NCBI GenBank assembly: GCA_036867785.1
Contig: CP145425.1
Coordinates: forward strand, 124,001 to 188,000
Direction of reading: 5' to 3'
Length of the DNA stretch: 64,000 bases
Source of the DNA: Plasmodiophora brassicae
Taxonomy: Eukaryota
The translations under genes and the position numbers were made by a program. Shown here piece by piece: positions 10,005 to 22,700 of this stretch. Within the stretch, counting starts at the first letter, position 1, and every line of letters begins with the position of its first letter. The notes under the pieces were generated by a model. It was not told the origin of the DNA and ran no database searches. It was given only the letters and a program-made list of their open reading frames with translations.

Positions 10005-12365
10005 TCAGACAGCCGCACGTTGTGGCGCGTTACGCGACGTTTGCTTGGCACGAGCGTTGTAGCGTCGGAACCAGAACGGTAACGCAAGCAAGGCGCCGAA
10101 CACGACGATCGCACAGGCCGCTCCACTCAACATGGTGACGGACGACGTCCCGGATGAGAACATGCTGCTCGAACTACTGGATTGCACAGCCACTTGCTCA
10201 CGGTTCGTCGACGCGAAACGACGACTCCACGATGACACCTTTGTTGGCGGGCGCCGCGACCTCGCTAGGCGTGATGACATGCCCTGGGGAGACGACGTTG
10301 TTCGTGCATGACCTCGGCCCTGACGAGCAGGCGTCGGCGAGGGCGTCGCCTGTGATGCTAGATAGCTTGCTGGTGCTGGGGTTGGGGCCGGACGCGGTGA
10401 TGGAGAGTTTGTCAACAATGCAGTTGGTGTTGGCAGTGGTGTTGGTGTGTTTGTTGGCAGTACGATCTGGACCGGTCGCGGCATTGGTGAGTTTGCTAGC
10501 GTTGCGGTCGATGCCGGACGCGGCGTTGGTGAATTTGTTGGCATTGGGGTCGGTATTGCGGGACGCGGTGTTATACGTGAATTTGTTGGCGTCGGGGTCG
10601 GTGCTGCCGGAGCCGGCGTTGGTGAATTTGTTGGCGTTCGCATCGGTGCTGGCAACGTTGCAGGTGTAGGAATTGGTGTCGGGCGTGGGGTTGGAGAGGG
10701 TACTGGTGTTGGAGCCGGCGTCGACGGCTGTGGTGTTGGCATCGGTGCTGGTAACGTTGTTGGTGTAGGTAGAGGTGTCGGCCGAGGCGTTGGAGAGGGT
10801 AATGGTGTTGGCATCGGTGCTGGTAACGTCGCTGGTGTAGGAACAGGTGTCGGTCGAGGCGTGGGAGAGGGTACTGGTGTTGGAGCCGGCGTCGACGGCT
10901 GTGGTGTTGGCATCGGCGCTGGTAACGTTGTTGGTGTAGGAACAGGTGTCGGCCGAGGCGTTGGAGAGGGTACTGGTGTTGGAGCCGGTGTCGACGGCTG
11001 AGGTGTTGGCATCGGCGCTGGTAACGTTGTTGGTGTAGGAACAGGTGTCGGCCGAGGCGTTGGAGAGGGTACTGGTGTTGGAGCCGGTGTCGACGGCTGT
11101 GGTGTTGGCATCGGTACTGGTAACGTCGTTGGTGTAGGAACAGGTGTCGGCCGAGGCGTTGGAGAGGGTACTAGTGTTGGAGCCGGCGTTGGCTGTGGTG
11201 ATGGGAAATTGACTGGTGCTGGGATGGGTGTCAGCCGCGGTGCAGGGGAATTCGTAGGTGCTGACGTTGGTGTCGGACGCGGCGTCGGCGAATTTGCTGA
11301 TGATCCGGGTGGTACTGGAGAGCTCGCGGGTGTTGGCAGTGGTGTGGGAGATGGCGTCACTGCAGGACCGAGCAGAGTGGCTCGGTACCCGTTGCTGTCG
11401 TACGCTTGACAGCCCTGCCATTCTGGGCCGAGGTCGCACGACTTGAGAATGCCTTCGAAATTCTGCGCGTTCGTGGTCGCACACGCAGACGCTGGTGACG
11501 AAACGACTGGGCACCCGGCCGACCCGGCATCAGTGTACTCGGCTGCGAATACGGGCTTGCCCGCCTGAATAAACGGTGTGAATTCCGCACACATGCCAGT
11601 GAAATCGGCACAGGAGTCGACGACGGCGAAGTCGAACACGGGGACCAGGTTGCGCGGCGTGACCAGGTTGCCACAGTCCTTCAGACCAACAGCCATGCCC
11701 AGGCTGTGTACCGTTGCTGAAATCCATTTCATGTAGTCGACAGCGTTGTCAACAGTTAGTCCAAATTTGTTCGCGAGCGAATAGACGTCGAGGTTGTCGG
11801 TTTGGATGCCATGGCACCCGTACGAGGCCATGCGCTGGAACCGGGCCTTGATCAGCGCTCGTGTCTCATTCCGGCGAATGTCCAGCAGATATTGGAAATC
11901 CCAAACCAAGGAAACGGTGTCAATGATCGTAGGCGTAACGGCTGTAAACGCATTCCAATCGACCGCACCAGGGTCCAATGCTCCCACTACGTCGGCCATG
12001 TCACAACATGGACCATGAGGTCAATAGCATGCGAGGTATACCGTTGACGTAGCAGATGATGTACCGGTTGTGGGCGCGAAGAGCGTTCATCATCACGGGA
12101 ATGTCACTAGGAACGAGTCGCTCCGGATCTATGTCCCATACGGGAACATTGGGTGTCGCCACGTTCGGAATAGTATTGAAGAACAGCTCCCACTAAAGCA
12201 ACGAGTCGAATATAAACCGGCGCTGATCGTGACGAATGTAGACATGCCATGTACCTGCCAACCCATGCCGATTTGTGGACTGGTCCACGTTGCTTCAACA
12301 TCTGCCACCCAAGACAGCGCTGCTGCTGCCGCTGCTGCGAACGCCAACGCACTCGTAAGGCCCAT
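10005..12365 (-). CDS. Secreted, membrane-anchored glycoside hydrolase family 114-like protein with a Pro/Thr-rich stalk
   Basis: Signal peptide [19 protein letters not shown], then spliced [41 protein letters not shown] and [12 protein letters not shown] repeat stalk and a C-terminal TM segment ([18 protein letters not shown]) follow. Two short introns near the 5' end. Confidence 0.85.
10640..11190 (-). repeat. Coding tandem repeat, 99-bp (33-aa) unit
   Basis: The unit [33 protein letters not shown] repeats. The anchor GTCGACGGCT occurs at 10891, 10990 and 11089. Confidence 0.9.
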
Positions 12366-12539
12366 TACAAATATCTGCCAAACGCCAGCAAGATATGACG
12401 TGAGTAGGGACGCCTCATGTATATGTGGATATTTTCCATCGGCGCATAGGTACGCTAAACCAGATAACTGCAGCATAAAGATGATCAGCGGTGTATGAGA
12501 TACACTACGGTGACAGTGTACGTACGCGGCACGCCTGAC

Positions 12540-14660
12540 CTTTGGTTGCCTATGCTTGATGTCTTATGCTGCTGCGCGCGGCCGCCTGGGCGAATGGCGG
12601 CGCGTTACACCCGTGGCGGGCGATCATCAAGTCGAGGAACGTGTTCCGGCCAAGCGGAAGCCCGGCCCGCGCTGCGTGTCGCGACAGTCGCGGGGTCGTA
12701 AGAGATCGCGGTTCTCCGGCAACGACGACGGCGGCGACGAACGCGGCGGCGACAGCGACGACAACAGCAGCGAAAGCGACGACGACAGCAGCGACAGCGA
12801 CGATCACAGCAGCCACAGCGACGATGATGACGACATCGACGACTCCGATCACGAACACGGACAGGACAGCGGAGACGATGACGAAAGTCATGGCGGGGAC
12901 GTAGACGACGAAGAGGAAGGCGAAACCCTCACAGAGTTTGTGTGCACTGCATGTTTGAGAATGCCAAATGTTGCTGACCGATCCGTCCCAGAAATCCACG
13001 TCGTCCCTTCGTGCGCCAGAAAGTCATCGGCGTTCCAGATCTTTTAGTGCCGTACCTGGGCACTGGCGGCCATCGCGCACACCAGTGCCAACAACGGAAG
13101 GCTCTGGTCGCTCACATCAAGTCGCTGTTTGATGCGTAAGCCCGTCCATCTTTTGCAGACTACCAGTATTTACACATGGCAGACATTATGCCACCGACCG
13201 TAAATGCCTTGACGGGTTGAAAAAGAAGGACGTGAGGCGAATCAACGAAAAGGTATGCGAATACCTAGAATCTGACGGGGTTCCGTTTAACGTTGCGGAA
13301 TGCTGGCCTGTTGAATCGACCTACAACTGTATGACGCCGATCACTGCGTGCTGAATATTCCTAATTTTCGGAAATTATGTTAGCGATTAAGAACATGCTA
13401 GCAAATGAGAAAAGGAAGCTCCCGCATACCGCAATGTTTAACCCCTTTGGTTGATGTGGTTCACGTTCTTGTGTCTCAAACCGTCGAGGCATTTGCGGTC
13501 TGTGGCATAATGCATATGTCTGGCATGTGTTATAAGTAAAGTACTGGTAGTCTGCAAAAAGATGGACGCCCTCCGTTGTTGGCACTGGTGCGCGCGATGG
13601 CCACCAGTGCCCATGTACGGCACCAAACGATTTGGGACGACCATGACTTGGCGCACGAAGGGACGACGCGGATTTCTGGGACGGATCGGTCAGCAACAGC
13701 ATTCTCGAACAGGCAGCGCACACATACACTGTGAGGGTTTCGCCTTCCTCTTCGTCGTCTGCGTACGTCCCGCCATGACTTACGTCATCGTCTCTGCTGT
13801 CGTGTCCATCGTCGTTATCGGCGTCGTCGACGACGTGTAGAGCGGGGCTCTACCGTCTCGTGTCCGACCTCAATTGCTGCTGCCAGCTGTCCTGGAAACA
13901 GGGGCCTGAACGGATTTAGCTCTACGGTGAGGACGTGGCATGGCCGACGCCGAAGATGGGACGAAACAGCTCATTGGGATACGAGAGTCTGCACTATCGA
14001 CGTCGTCATTGTCGTCGCTGTTGCTGCTGTCGTCGTCGCTGCCACTGCCGTCGTCGTCGCCGCCAGCTCGTTTGATTCTTGTTCATCGTCGTTTTCCGAT
14101 TCGGTTCGAGAGAACTGCGATTTCTTACGACCCCGCGAGGGTCGCGACACGCAGCGCGGGGCACACACGGGCTTCCGCTGTTTAACACGGAACGTTCCAG
14201 GTTCCCGGGAATGTTCCTGATGTCGTCCGCCCGGCGTTTGCTCGGCTACCGGATCGGGGAAATAAACACAGTTCATTTCAACCGCACTGACGCGACTTCG
14301 TTGGTTGCCAAGAGGTTATGGGCCTCGATTCTTCCACCAAGACGGTACGCCCCATCACGGGCACACCCACCCCGTCCACGGCTGCCATGGCAGTCGACAC
14401 CCCACCACTCCATCAGGGTCCCGCCGGGCAGGACAAGCCCTCTACGACGGCTAGACTGAGGGGGCGTTAGATGCCAACCTCCGTATTTAGCACGGAACGT
14501 TCCAGGTTCCCGGGAATGTTCCTGATATCGTCCGCCCGGCGTTTGCTCGGCTACCGGATCGGGGAAATAAACACAGTTCATTTCAGCCGCACTGACGCGA
14601 CTTCGTTGGTTGCCCAGATCCGCTTGGCCGGAGCACGTTCCTCAACTGGATGATCGCCCG
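12540..14660. repeat. Mosaic of inverted and direct duplications of a degenerate acidic/Cys-containing gene fragment
   Basis: About 12830-13305 is inverted against about 13420-13835. About 12645-12845 is inverted against about 13995-14190. About 12618-12655 is inverted against about 14620-14660. A 129-bp direct repeat lies at 14181-14309 and 14486-14614. Confidence 0.85.
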
Positions 14661-14749
14661 CCCCCTTCTCTGCTGACGCCGTCGTCACGTCCGCAGCCAG
14701 CGCGTCCTTTCGTATCATCGTCGCCTTCCCGTGTCGGGTCGGCACCATT

Positions 14750-16200
14750 GGAATGACCGCGGAGCTCACATCCGGCTCCGTCCAAACCAAATGGCATCTG
14801 CTGAACCACTCAGATTTCTGTTCAAATCTGGATGGCGATGATGAGACGAAAGAACGCGTCGGGCGCGGCCGTGATGACGGCCTCAACAGAGTCGCTGGCG
14901 AGCACCTATGGCGATGTACAAAGCGGACCTGCCATCAGTCGGTTACACGGGTGGTATACTATGAGATCGCCGGCCATGGGGCAATTTCAGTGCAATCCAC
15001 TTGACCGTCCGCTTTCGGAATACGTGGTGTGTTCTCGTCATTGTCTGTGTCGTGATACCTAGTCGAGTTCCGTGAGCCGTCCATCTGGTTGTACGCCTGA
15101 TGCTCACGCGATACGAGCTTCTGGTACCGATTCATCCAGGAACTTCGTCTTTGAACACGCACTGGAGTACCAACGTTGTCGCGATGCAGAGAATCCTTGT
15201 TCGAAGTCGCACTCTCCTCTGGCTTCGTTCTGGATTGCAGTTTCCCATTTTCTGGATGCACTTTCGACAATGCTGTCAAAGGCGTTCATCGGGAGTGATT
15301 TGGATCGTGCGTTGACCTACTGTCTGGACGCTGTTGCACACTTGCGTCGGTCATGCCATGCTCGGTAATGCCGATCTCGGTACGTTTGATCGGTACCAGT
15401 GTCGAATTTATGACCTGATCAGGCGTGTATGCACTCATAGGTCCATCTGTCGGATATCATCAAACGGTGGGGGGTCAGTTGATCGAGTTCATCTGGGTCT
15501 GGCTCATTGAGCGCTTTATCAACTTCATCAAGGATGCCCTCCAAGCAACCATTTCGCAGACGACCCGCCATTGCCTTGTGCATTCAGCTCGTCCAGGAAG
15601 CGACGTTTATCCGGGGTGACTTTCACGATCTGTTGACACTAAGGAACGATAACCAGCTCCTGTTCGGCGATGGATGAACCACTTTGACGCCTTCTCGGAA
15701 TTTCACAAGTCGACGTTAGGCGCTTTGTGTCTTCCAGAGTGCCTTTCCGCCAGTTCCCGGATTGATATCGATATTTTATAACGCATGCCCACGTATGAAA
15801 TGATCAGGTCATTGACTGGATCGCGCAGGCAATGTCTAGTTTAGAACCAAAGACGCCGACAGGTCGTACAAGTCTTGTAACTCCCAATTCGTCGTCGAGT
15901 GCGAAGGCGTTGGACTGTACATAGGGAACATCCACCGTCCTGTCCTGCTTGATCTGAACTGGTCCCGCCGTTTGGCACTTGAAGCTGGTTCGATGTGTGT
16001 CATCCTGGTGGACCGATGGTATCACCTGCATGCAAGCGACGAACCGTACGATCAAGTTCGTCCTCGATTCTACCTCAGTACATATATGCGCCTCCCCCGT
16101 CGGCTCTATTGCTTTTCGATGTATATTTTCTTGTACAGGAAATGGCTGTAAACCAGGACTGGAGGATTAATGTGGCAGGCCGTCCATGAGACCGTGCCTA
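14750..16200 (-). pseudogene. Probable decayed gene of unknown family
   Basis: Protein-like minus-strand segments (LEGILDEVDKALNEPDPDELDQL; MNAFDSIVESASRKWETAIQNE; VPYVQSNAFALDDELGV) are interrupted by stops. Confidence 0.3.
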
Positions 16201-16249
16201 ACAACGTTGTCGCGATGCCAGTTTCCGTGCAGGTGATATAGTCTCTCTG

Positions 16250-16690
16250 GGTGTTTGACGACGGAGATCACGCTCGAACAGAGCGTGCCCGCCAGCGCCT
16301 TGTCTTGCAGGACGGAACTATGCTTGTGAGGCGAGAGCCGCTCCCTGTCCTGCACCATGACTCGATGGCGGGCCGACCAACCAAGGGCGTCGCCGGGCTC
16401 CCTGTCTGCCTGGCAAGCGGCGCCTGCCCGCCCTGCAAGGTCGTCCAGCAGTGCGGCGTGACAACTCGGTACCTGGACAGAACGGACGACGGGTGCCATA
16501 TACGTGTCGCCAACTCTGGATCGGCTTCGTTGAATACCGCCATGGGTCGGGTATCTCCGCTGGAACAATGTCGACCAAGGCCTGCCGTTTGCCGGTGGCT
16601 CATGTGCCGATATACGAGCTGACCATGTTGCTGGTTGATAGGAAAATATCTCAGGCCAGGCACAGGCGCGGTGCAGTCGGGTAGGTGGCA
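16250..16690 (+). mobile_element. Possible degenerate Ty3/gypsy integrase fragment
   Basis: LVLQDG..VLHHDSMAG..CPPC loosely resembles the HHCC region, and LPVAHVP..LLVDR loosely resembles the integrase core start. The spacing is non-canonical. Confidence 0.25.
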
Positions 16691-16852
16691 GGGGCTGCTC
16701 GGCACACAGGTCGCGGAGCGCTGTACTACTAGCAGAACAGTACTACGCTCGAGGCGGTGTCCTCGCCGACTTCCATACAAACAGCGGCCGGTCCACGCCC
16801 AGGGACCCATCGCATGCGTTGAGCGGCACACTAGGGCGCGATGCTGATAGGG

Positions 16853-17811
16853 ATGGGCGCGTTCCTGGCCCGGCTGTGGCGCCGGAAACGCTCGCAGTGC
16901 TTCGAGATTCAGATTCGGATCGAGCGCGTCGAGCACTACCCGTTCGAGGGTGCCGACCTCATCGCCCAGTGGTCGCTGGCGAACTTCAAGGGCCACACCC
17001 GGAAGGCCCGTGTCGATCGCCGACAGTCGGCCACCTGGAACGAGACCTTCACTGTGCCGAAGATCGCCATCCCCATCGACAAGGCAACGTTCCGTCCAGG
17101 TGCACCCCCGGCCGCATCCTTGCCCTGCCGTGTACGGAACACTGTCTGACGGCGCCCGTTCTGTTAGGCAAAGCCACCATGTTCGTCACGTTGACGGAAG
17201 GCAAGGCGGTGATCGGCTCCGTGACGATCGACGCGTCGCAGTTCCTGACGTCTCGCGTGAGCCGACAGCGCCTTCCGAATGGGCGAACCCTTCGCTGACG
17301 GGCGCTCGCATCGCTCAGACCTGGTCTACGGCGCGGCACCTGCTGCGCGATTCGCGAACGAACAGTCGCCTGCAGGTGTCGATCAAGTCGCGTCAGACGA
17401 AGGGCTCCCCGATGTTTCAGTCGGGGACGCCGGTCGCGCTGCCCGACAGGACGGCAACGCCGCCCCGGATCGACAGCACGATGCAGGCCCGATTGCTGGA
17501 ACCGTCCGAGGGCGAACGGAAACGTATGCGGCAGTCGTCGACGTGGTCGGCGGGCGACCGGCGACCGGCAGAGCCAATCTGGAAGCCGACCACGAGACGA
17601 TCCAGTGTGCACAGCGTCGTGCAAGGCATCATCGGGTACGTACCTTGCCGTGATGTGGCGGACGGAGGGAGTTCGAGTTCATGGGACGGGTCGCAGGGAG
17701 TCCATGGCGGACGATGCCGACCACGACCACGGGCAGGTGATGACGGCCTGCGACCGGGCGCTGATCAACGAACTCGATGGGTCCAGCATATTCCGGTTCA
17801 GGACAATCTAA
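16853..17811 (+). CDS. NT-type C2 domain (EEIG1/EHBP1-like) protein, possibly N-myristoylated
   Basis: MGAFLARLWRRKRSQCFEIQIRIERVE..IAQW..GHTRKARV..ATWNETF..|GKATMFVTLTEGKAVIGSVTIDASQF is the NT-C2 pattern. Multi-exon. Confidence 0.7.
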
Positions 17812-17966
17812 ACGGGGGCTAGAAGTAAACGATTAGAGTAATAATACGAAACGTGACTCACGTTCCGTCGGAACCTGGGCGTTGTTGCCGCCGTCGTGCC
17901 TCTGCGCCCTGAGCGTTGCACATCGTCATTGGCGTTTCAGTTCGCAAGAGCACACAGGTCATCAGC

Positions 17967-18575
17967 ATGGTGAAACCGTTCCTCCAAGGCGATGTCGACG
18001 TGGATGGCTTCATCGAGAAGGCTGACACGCTGGCGTCCGAGTTCAAGGACTTCATCGCCCGCGGCAACGTTGTCGACTTGGCTGTCGGCACCATCATGGG
18101 AGGTCGGGAGGCAACCGTTCCGCACTGCAACGCCCAACGCAAACGATTAACGTGACGACCGCGTCCTACAGGCGCATTCGGCGCGATTGTGGCCAGCCTA
18201 GTCAGCGATGTCATCACGCCGGTCGTCAGCCTGGCGTTGCCGTCGTCGGGCCTGAAGGAGCAATTCTCGGTGCTGCGTTGCCCCAAAGCGGGCACCTGTA
18301 CGTTTAGCACGTTGGCAGCGGCCAGCGACGCGGGTGCCATCACGCTGAACTGGGGCGCCTTCGTCCAAAGCGTCATCTCGTTCCTGATCATCTCGCTGTG
18401 CGTCTTCTCCATGATCAAGATCTACACGGCGGCGATGACGGTCGACCGCAAGCGCAGGGAAAGCATTCGGCAGGTGGCGCGCATGTGCCCGTTCTGCGAC
18501 GTCGAGATCTCGAGGAAGGCGAAGCGTTGCCCGCACTGTACGTCGGCGTTGGAGGAGCCCAAGAAGACCAAATGA
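17967..18575 (+). CDS. mscL: Large-conductance mechanosensitive channel MscL with a C-terminal CxxC..CxxC zinc ribbon
   Basis: EFKDFIARGNVVDLAVGTIMG|GAFGAIVASLVSDVITP..LNWGAFVQSVISFLIISLCVF..CPFC..CPHC. A 69-nt GT-AG intron lies at 18103-18171. Confidence 0.95.
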
Positions 18576-18638
18576 TCGCATACACTGTGCAACATGCGGT
18601 GACGAGCGTGTGTGTATCTTGGCAGTGCGCCGTCGGCC

Positions 18639-19756
18639 TCAGGGCGTGAACAACGGGATCCCGTACCAATCGTTGGGACGCAGGTAATGGTGGTTCTTGT
18701 CCAACGTGGCGATTAGACGCATGTCGTCATCTGATCCCGTAACGTCAGACACGTAGGTCAGCGGATGCCCAACGGTGGACAAACCCTCAATCTGGAAGTC
18801 GTAGACGTCAATGTTGCTGGCAATGCGCTCTTCGTGAACGCTCTTGGGCAGGACAACGGTTCCACGTTGCACGGCCCAGCGCAGAGCAATCTTGGCCGCA
18901 TCGACGTGGTATTTCTTAGCCAGCTTGTGCAGTACGGGGTCATCCAGAAGGCGTGGCTCATTCTTGCCTGCGAAACCGCCGGAGCCAAGCGGGGAGTACG
19001 CCTCGAACGCAATGCCAAGGCGCTGCTGGTACGCCAACAGGGCGCGTTGCTGGCAGTAGGGGTGCGATTCCACTTGATTAACGGCGGGCTTGACCTTGGC
19101 ATACGTCAGCAGGTCATGCAGGAGGGCGCACGTGAAGTTGGACACGCCGATGGCCTTGACCAGCCCCTCCTCGACACATTTCTCCATGGCCGTCCACGTG
19201 TCCCGGATCGAAACGCCACGGTCGATATTGGCGCCGTTGCCGCTGTCATCGGGATCACTGGCGTACGCCGCTCGCCCGACCTTGTTCATGTCGAGCGGGA
19301 TGTACTTGAACGCGACCGGCCAATGCATCAGCCAGAGATCCAACTGCTGGACCTTGAGATCCTTCAACGTTTTCAGCAGATGGGGCCTGACGTGCTCCGG
19401 GCGGTGATATCTGTGCAGGAATGAGACGCGGTCTGCTAGTGGAGATATCGGTGGTCGCTAACGGGTTGTTGAGCTTGCTGGTGATGAACACGTCAGAACG
19501 TTTAACGTGGCCCTCTGCGAATATCTGGAAACAGCAGGTTAACGTCACAGGTCACAGGAGGCGGGCAGACGACCTCAGCAAGCGCATCGCCGATCTCGTG
19601 TTCGTTCATGTAGTTCGACGCGCAATCGATGTGGCGATAGCCGGCGGCAATGGCGGCCTTGATCGCGTTGCGGACCTCACCCTCCTTCGACTGCCACGTG
19701 CCCAGCCCGACCGTCGGCAGCGACGCCCCATTGTTCAACTTGACCGCCCGACTCAT
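18639..19756 (-). CDS. Aldo/keto reductase
   Basis: VKLNNGASLPTVGLGTW, GYRHIDCASNY, VFITSKL, LDLWLMHWP, IGVSNF, NQVESHPY and LPKS motifs. Multi-exon. Confidence 0.95.
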
Positions 19757-20198
19757 GTTGCTGACGGCAGACGGCGTTTTGCCCCGTGACCACTTGCGAG
19801 AAGACGAATGAGGATCCGGGGCGCCGTCGCCCGCTTTGACGACTGTGCCTACCTGCAACCTGATTCAGCGTCGTACACGTAAACGGGGACGAATGAACGC
19901 CAACGTACGTAGGGGACTACTGGTTTCAGAACGACGTCACGGACCTCCACATCGACAGATATGTCATGCAGCAGGATGCACACGCAAGGCGCTTTGATGC
20001 AGAGTAGGCAGGTCCCGGGTTCTGAGCTACGCCGACAGAGCCACGCTGCGCGAAACGTGCTTCACCAATACATTCGTACTTACGGTAGTTGCGCACTTGC
20101 GTGCAGACGCACGCCGCCACGGCATTTCTGGACTGTTGCTGTTTGCCAACGGCGCGGGGGCGGTGAGGAGCGCGCACATTCGTCGTCTTCCGGAACCG

Positions 20199-21313
20199 AT
20201 GCAGGAGCTCTTTGGAATCGCTGCCATGGCATTACTCTTGGCTGGTGTCTCAGACGCCGTCACCACCATCCGGCCTACAACGAGATACAGCGTCAGGCTG
20301 GAAGACGCGAAAGTCGAAGTTGCCCTGCGCAACAGGAAACGTCAGCCGCCGCCCCAAACTATGTATGATCTTGAGGACATACGTTTGACGACCACGGATC
20401 ACCACAACGCTTCAGGTTACCTAACGTCAACATCCGTGTGGGCGCTCCCGACAATAGGGACCATCCACACGTCAACTTCGTTCGCGACAGCTTGCAGAAT
20501 GCGGGTACCGCTGTGGAAGACCCGCTGACAAGGTTCTTGGGGATATTCCCGCGGAGACGGAGTACAATCATTGCCGTCGGAGCCGAGCCAAACTCTTGTA
20601 TTGCACTCTGAACGTTCGCATTGGACATCGATCTGGGCACAGCTGGCAAGATTCCGATGGAAGTGATATTACGGACCATCAATGCTAGGCTTGGAGGCTT
20701 CTCGGTGCAGTCGATCCGCATCACGACGATGGATAGAAGTTTACTATCCGGCGAGTGGATCCTGTTATCGATGGAGGAGGCGGGCGAAACTGCTGCATGG
20801 TCGCTGTTGGCAATTATCGCTGCCGTTCTGGTGACTCAATCCATTGCTTTCTTCGTGCTCATGCCACTGTTCCGCCGCGTCCCTCGTCGCCTTCTTAACC
20901 GCGCGTCAAAATTGGCCACCCAAATATTACGGGTAGCCTTGAACTGCCTGATCAGCGTAACAGCCAGCGTCATCGCCGGCCAGGACACGGTCATTGGTAT
21001 CAAATACGGCACTGCCTATGGACTGACTATGCTGATTCCGGAAATGTGGGATACGCTGTTTGTGCCAAAGGATGAACAAGGTGAACCGTTGCCACGAGGC
21101 AGTTTCTGGCGCGATCCACGGGTCTGGGTCGACTGGGTCATGCGTTGCGCGTTCTTATGGGTCGCTCTCTTTTCCATGAAGGCATCCGTTCCAGGGTATT
21201 CGTACAGTCTGCCGGGTACATTGCAACTATTTGCGCTGGGAGTTGCCGGCCTAGGTCACGTTGCTTTCATTGCCGACAAGTTCCCGTCGCCTGATCTGCC
21301 ACCGCCCAGCTGA
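20199..21313 (+). pseudogene. Signal-peptide and multi-TM protein gene, apparently disrupted
   Basis: Signal-like AAMALLLAGVSDAVT, and several TM helices in 20621-21313. There is an apparent frameshift near 20470 and an in-frame TGA at 20609-20611, unless an unrecognised intron removes them. Confidence 0.5.
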
Positions 21314-22700
21314 GGAGTGTCTCCGGACGATCTGTGGTTCGCCTATCAATGAACAAGTCTGGGATCGCGTATACCTATACTGCATACGGCTGCTACTATG
21401 AGCGGGAAAGCACGCGTACGTACTGGCATTGTATACCGGCAGTGAAGGCGCAGGCCCCGCGAACTTCGCAATCGCAGTCCGACTCGGGTTTGCCTACGTC
21501 TAGGGGTCGGCGTGACGCCCCGTCTTGCTGCAGAGCGATGTCGCCGTAGTAGCAGGAACGCGATTCTTGGGAAAACAAGGTGTGATAAACCAGCGCGCTT
21601 CTTTCCGCTTCTTGTCAGCGGCCCTGGTTTCGCGTCCGGCCCATCAGGTGGTACGCCGTTATTGCATCGTTGCTGTCCCGACGAACGTTGCCGTTTTGGG
21701 CTCTTCCCTGCCAGAGGTTGACGCTTTCATCCCATTGGCGGTATGAAACGTTCGGGGGGTATTCCGTTAGATTCAAACCTGTGTCTATGGGTGGGCGTTC
21801 TTTGGTACGGTGCCTTGTCATACGACAGAAACAGGTCGTGACGCGCTCTAGACCGGCTTTCGCCAGGAATGCGATTCTTGGGAAGGCAAGTTGCGATGAA
21901 CCAACGCGTTTCGCTTGCCTGACGAAGGTTGACGCGCCTTGACCAATTGGCCGATGCGTTCTCGACATCGCATCCGCTGGCGCAAGCAGTACAGTTACAA
22001 AGGATGACGAGTGTCGGGAATGTACATGGCTACGCCGTCATCTATACAACCAATGTTACTGCCCGTCTGTGATGCCTGTTTCCGTCTGCATATATCTGTT
22101 GGGAACCATTGTCAGACACTCTTTGCGACCAGCTGCCTGTTCATCTCTGCGACATCTCGAAATTAAGTGTCAACATGCTAATGCACGACCGCTCATGTAC
22201 CCGCGTCATAATCGCACACTCTTGATTCTTGTCCACGACCACACTACATAATTTCTTGCCCTCGTCGTCCACTGCCAACTTTCAGAACCGCACCAGGGTC
22301 GCTGACGGGCGGCTGCAGGCAACATTTATTCTGACCTATCTCGTTAAGCCGGCGCCCTGCTCGTAACAGATAGCGAATCGGATGGATGTTCCAGGCAACA
22401 AAGCCCGAAGGAATGTCAATGTTGCGAGGCGTGACCCCCGAACGAAGGATATGAGGGCCGCGAACTCTGTGTTGCAAGCTGCCAACGTCAATCGTGCAGG
22501 ACGCATGAGACTGGGTCCCGCCGACATCGGTCGCGGACGCCAGTGCAGGACGTCTTAGGAGTTCGTAACTGATAACCCAGCCTGGGTGCACAACCCGAAC
22601 GCGGGACAGAACCCGAGGTCTATAGAGCAGGGTGCGAAGACATGCGACGTACAAGCGCGCTGCTCGTTCAGAGGCACCTCCAATTGTATTTAGGCGGAAG

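Noticed and set aside
10154-11514. Long alternative-frame and antisense ORFs (438 aa, GVG-rich 184 aa)
   Set aside because: They are shadows of the Pro/Thr repeat in the GH114 gene.
17967-18575. Bacterial contamination as the source of mscL
   Set aside because: It contains a spliceosomal intron and is flanked by intron-containing eukaryotic genes.
21555-21920. Short degenerate direct repeat (CGATTCTTGGGAA..) as a possible ncRNA pair
   Set aside because: No recognisable snRNA or snoRNA boxes or structure can be supported.
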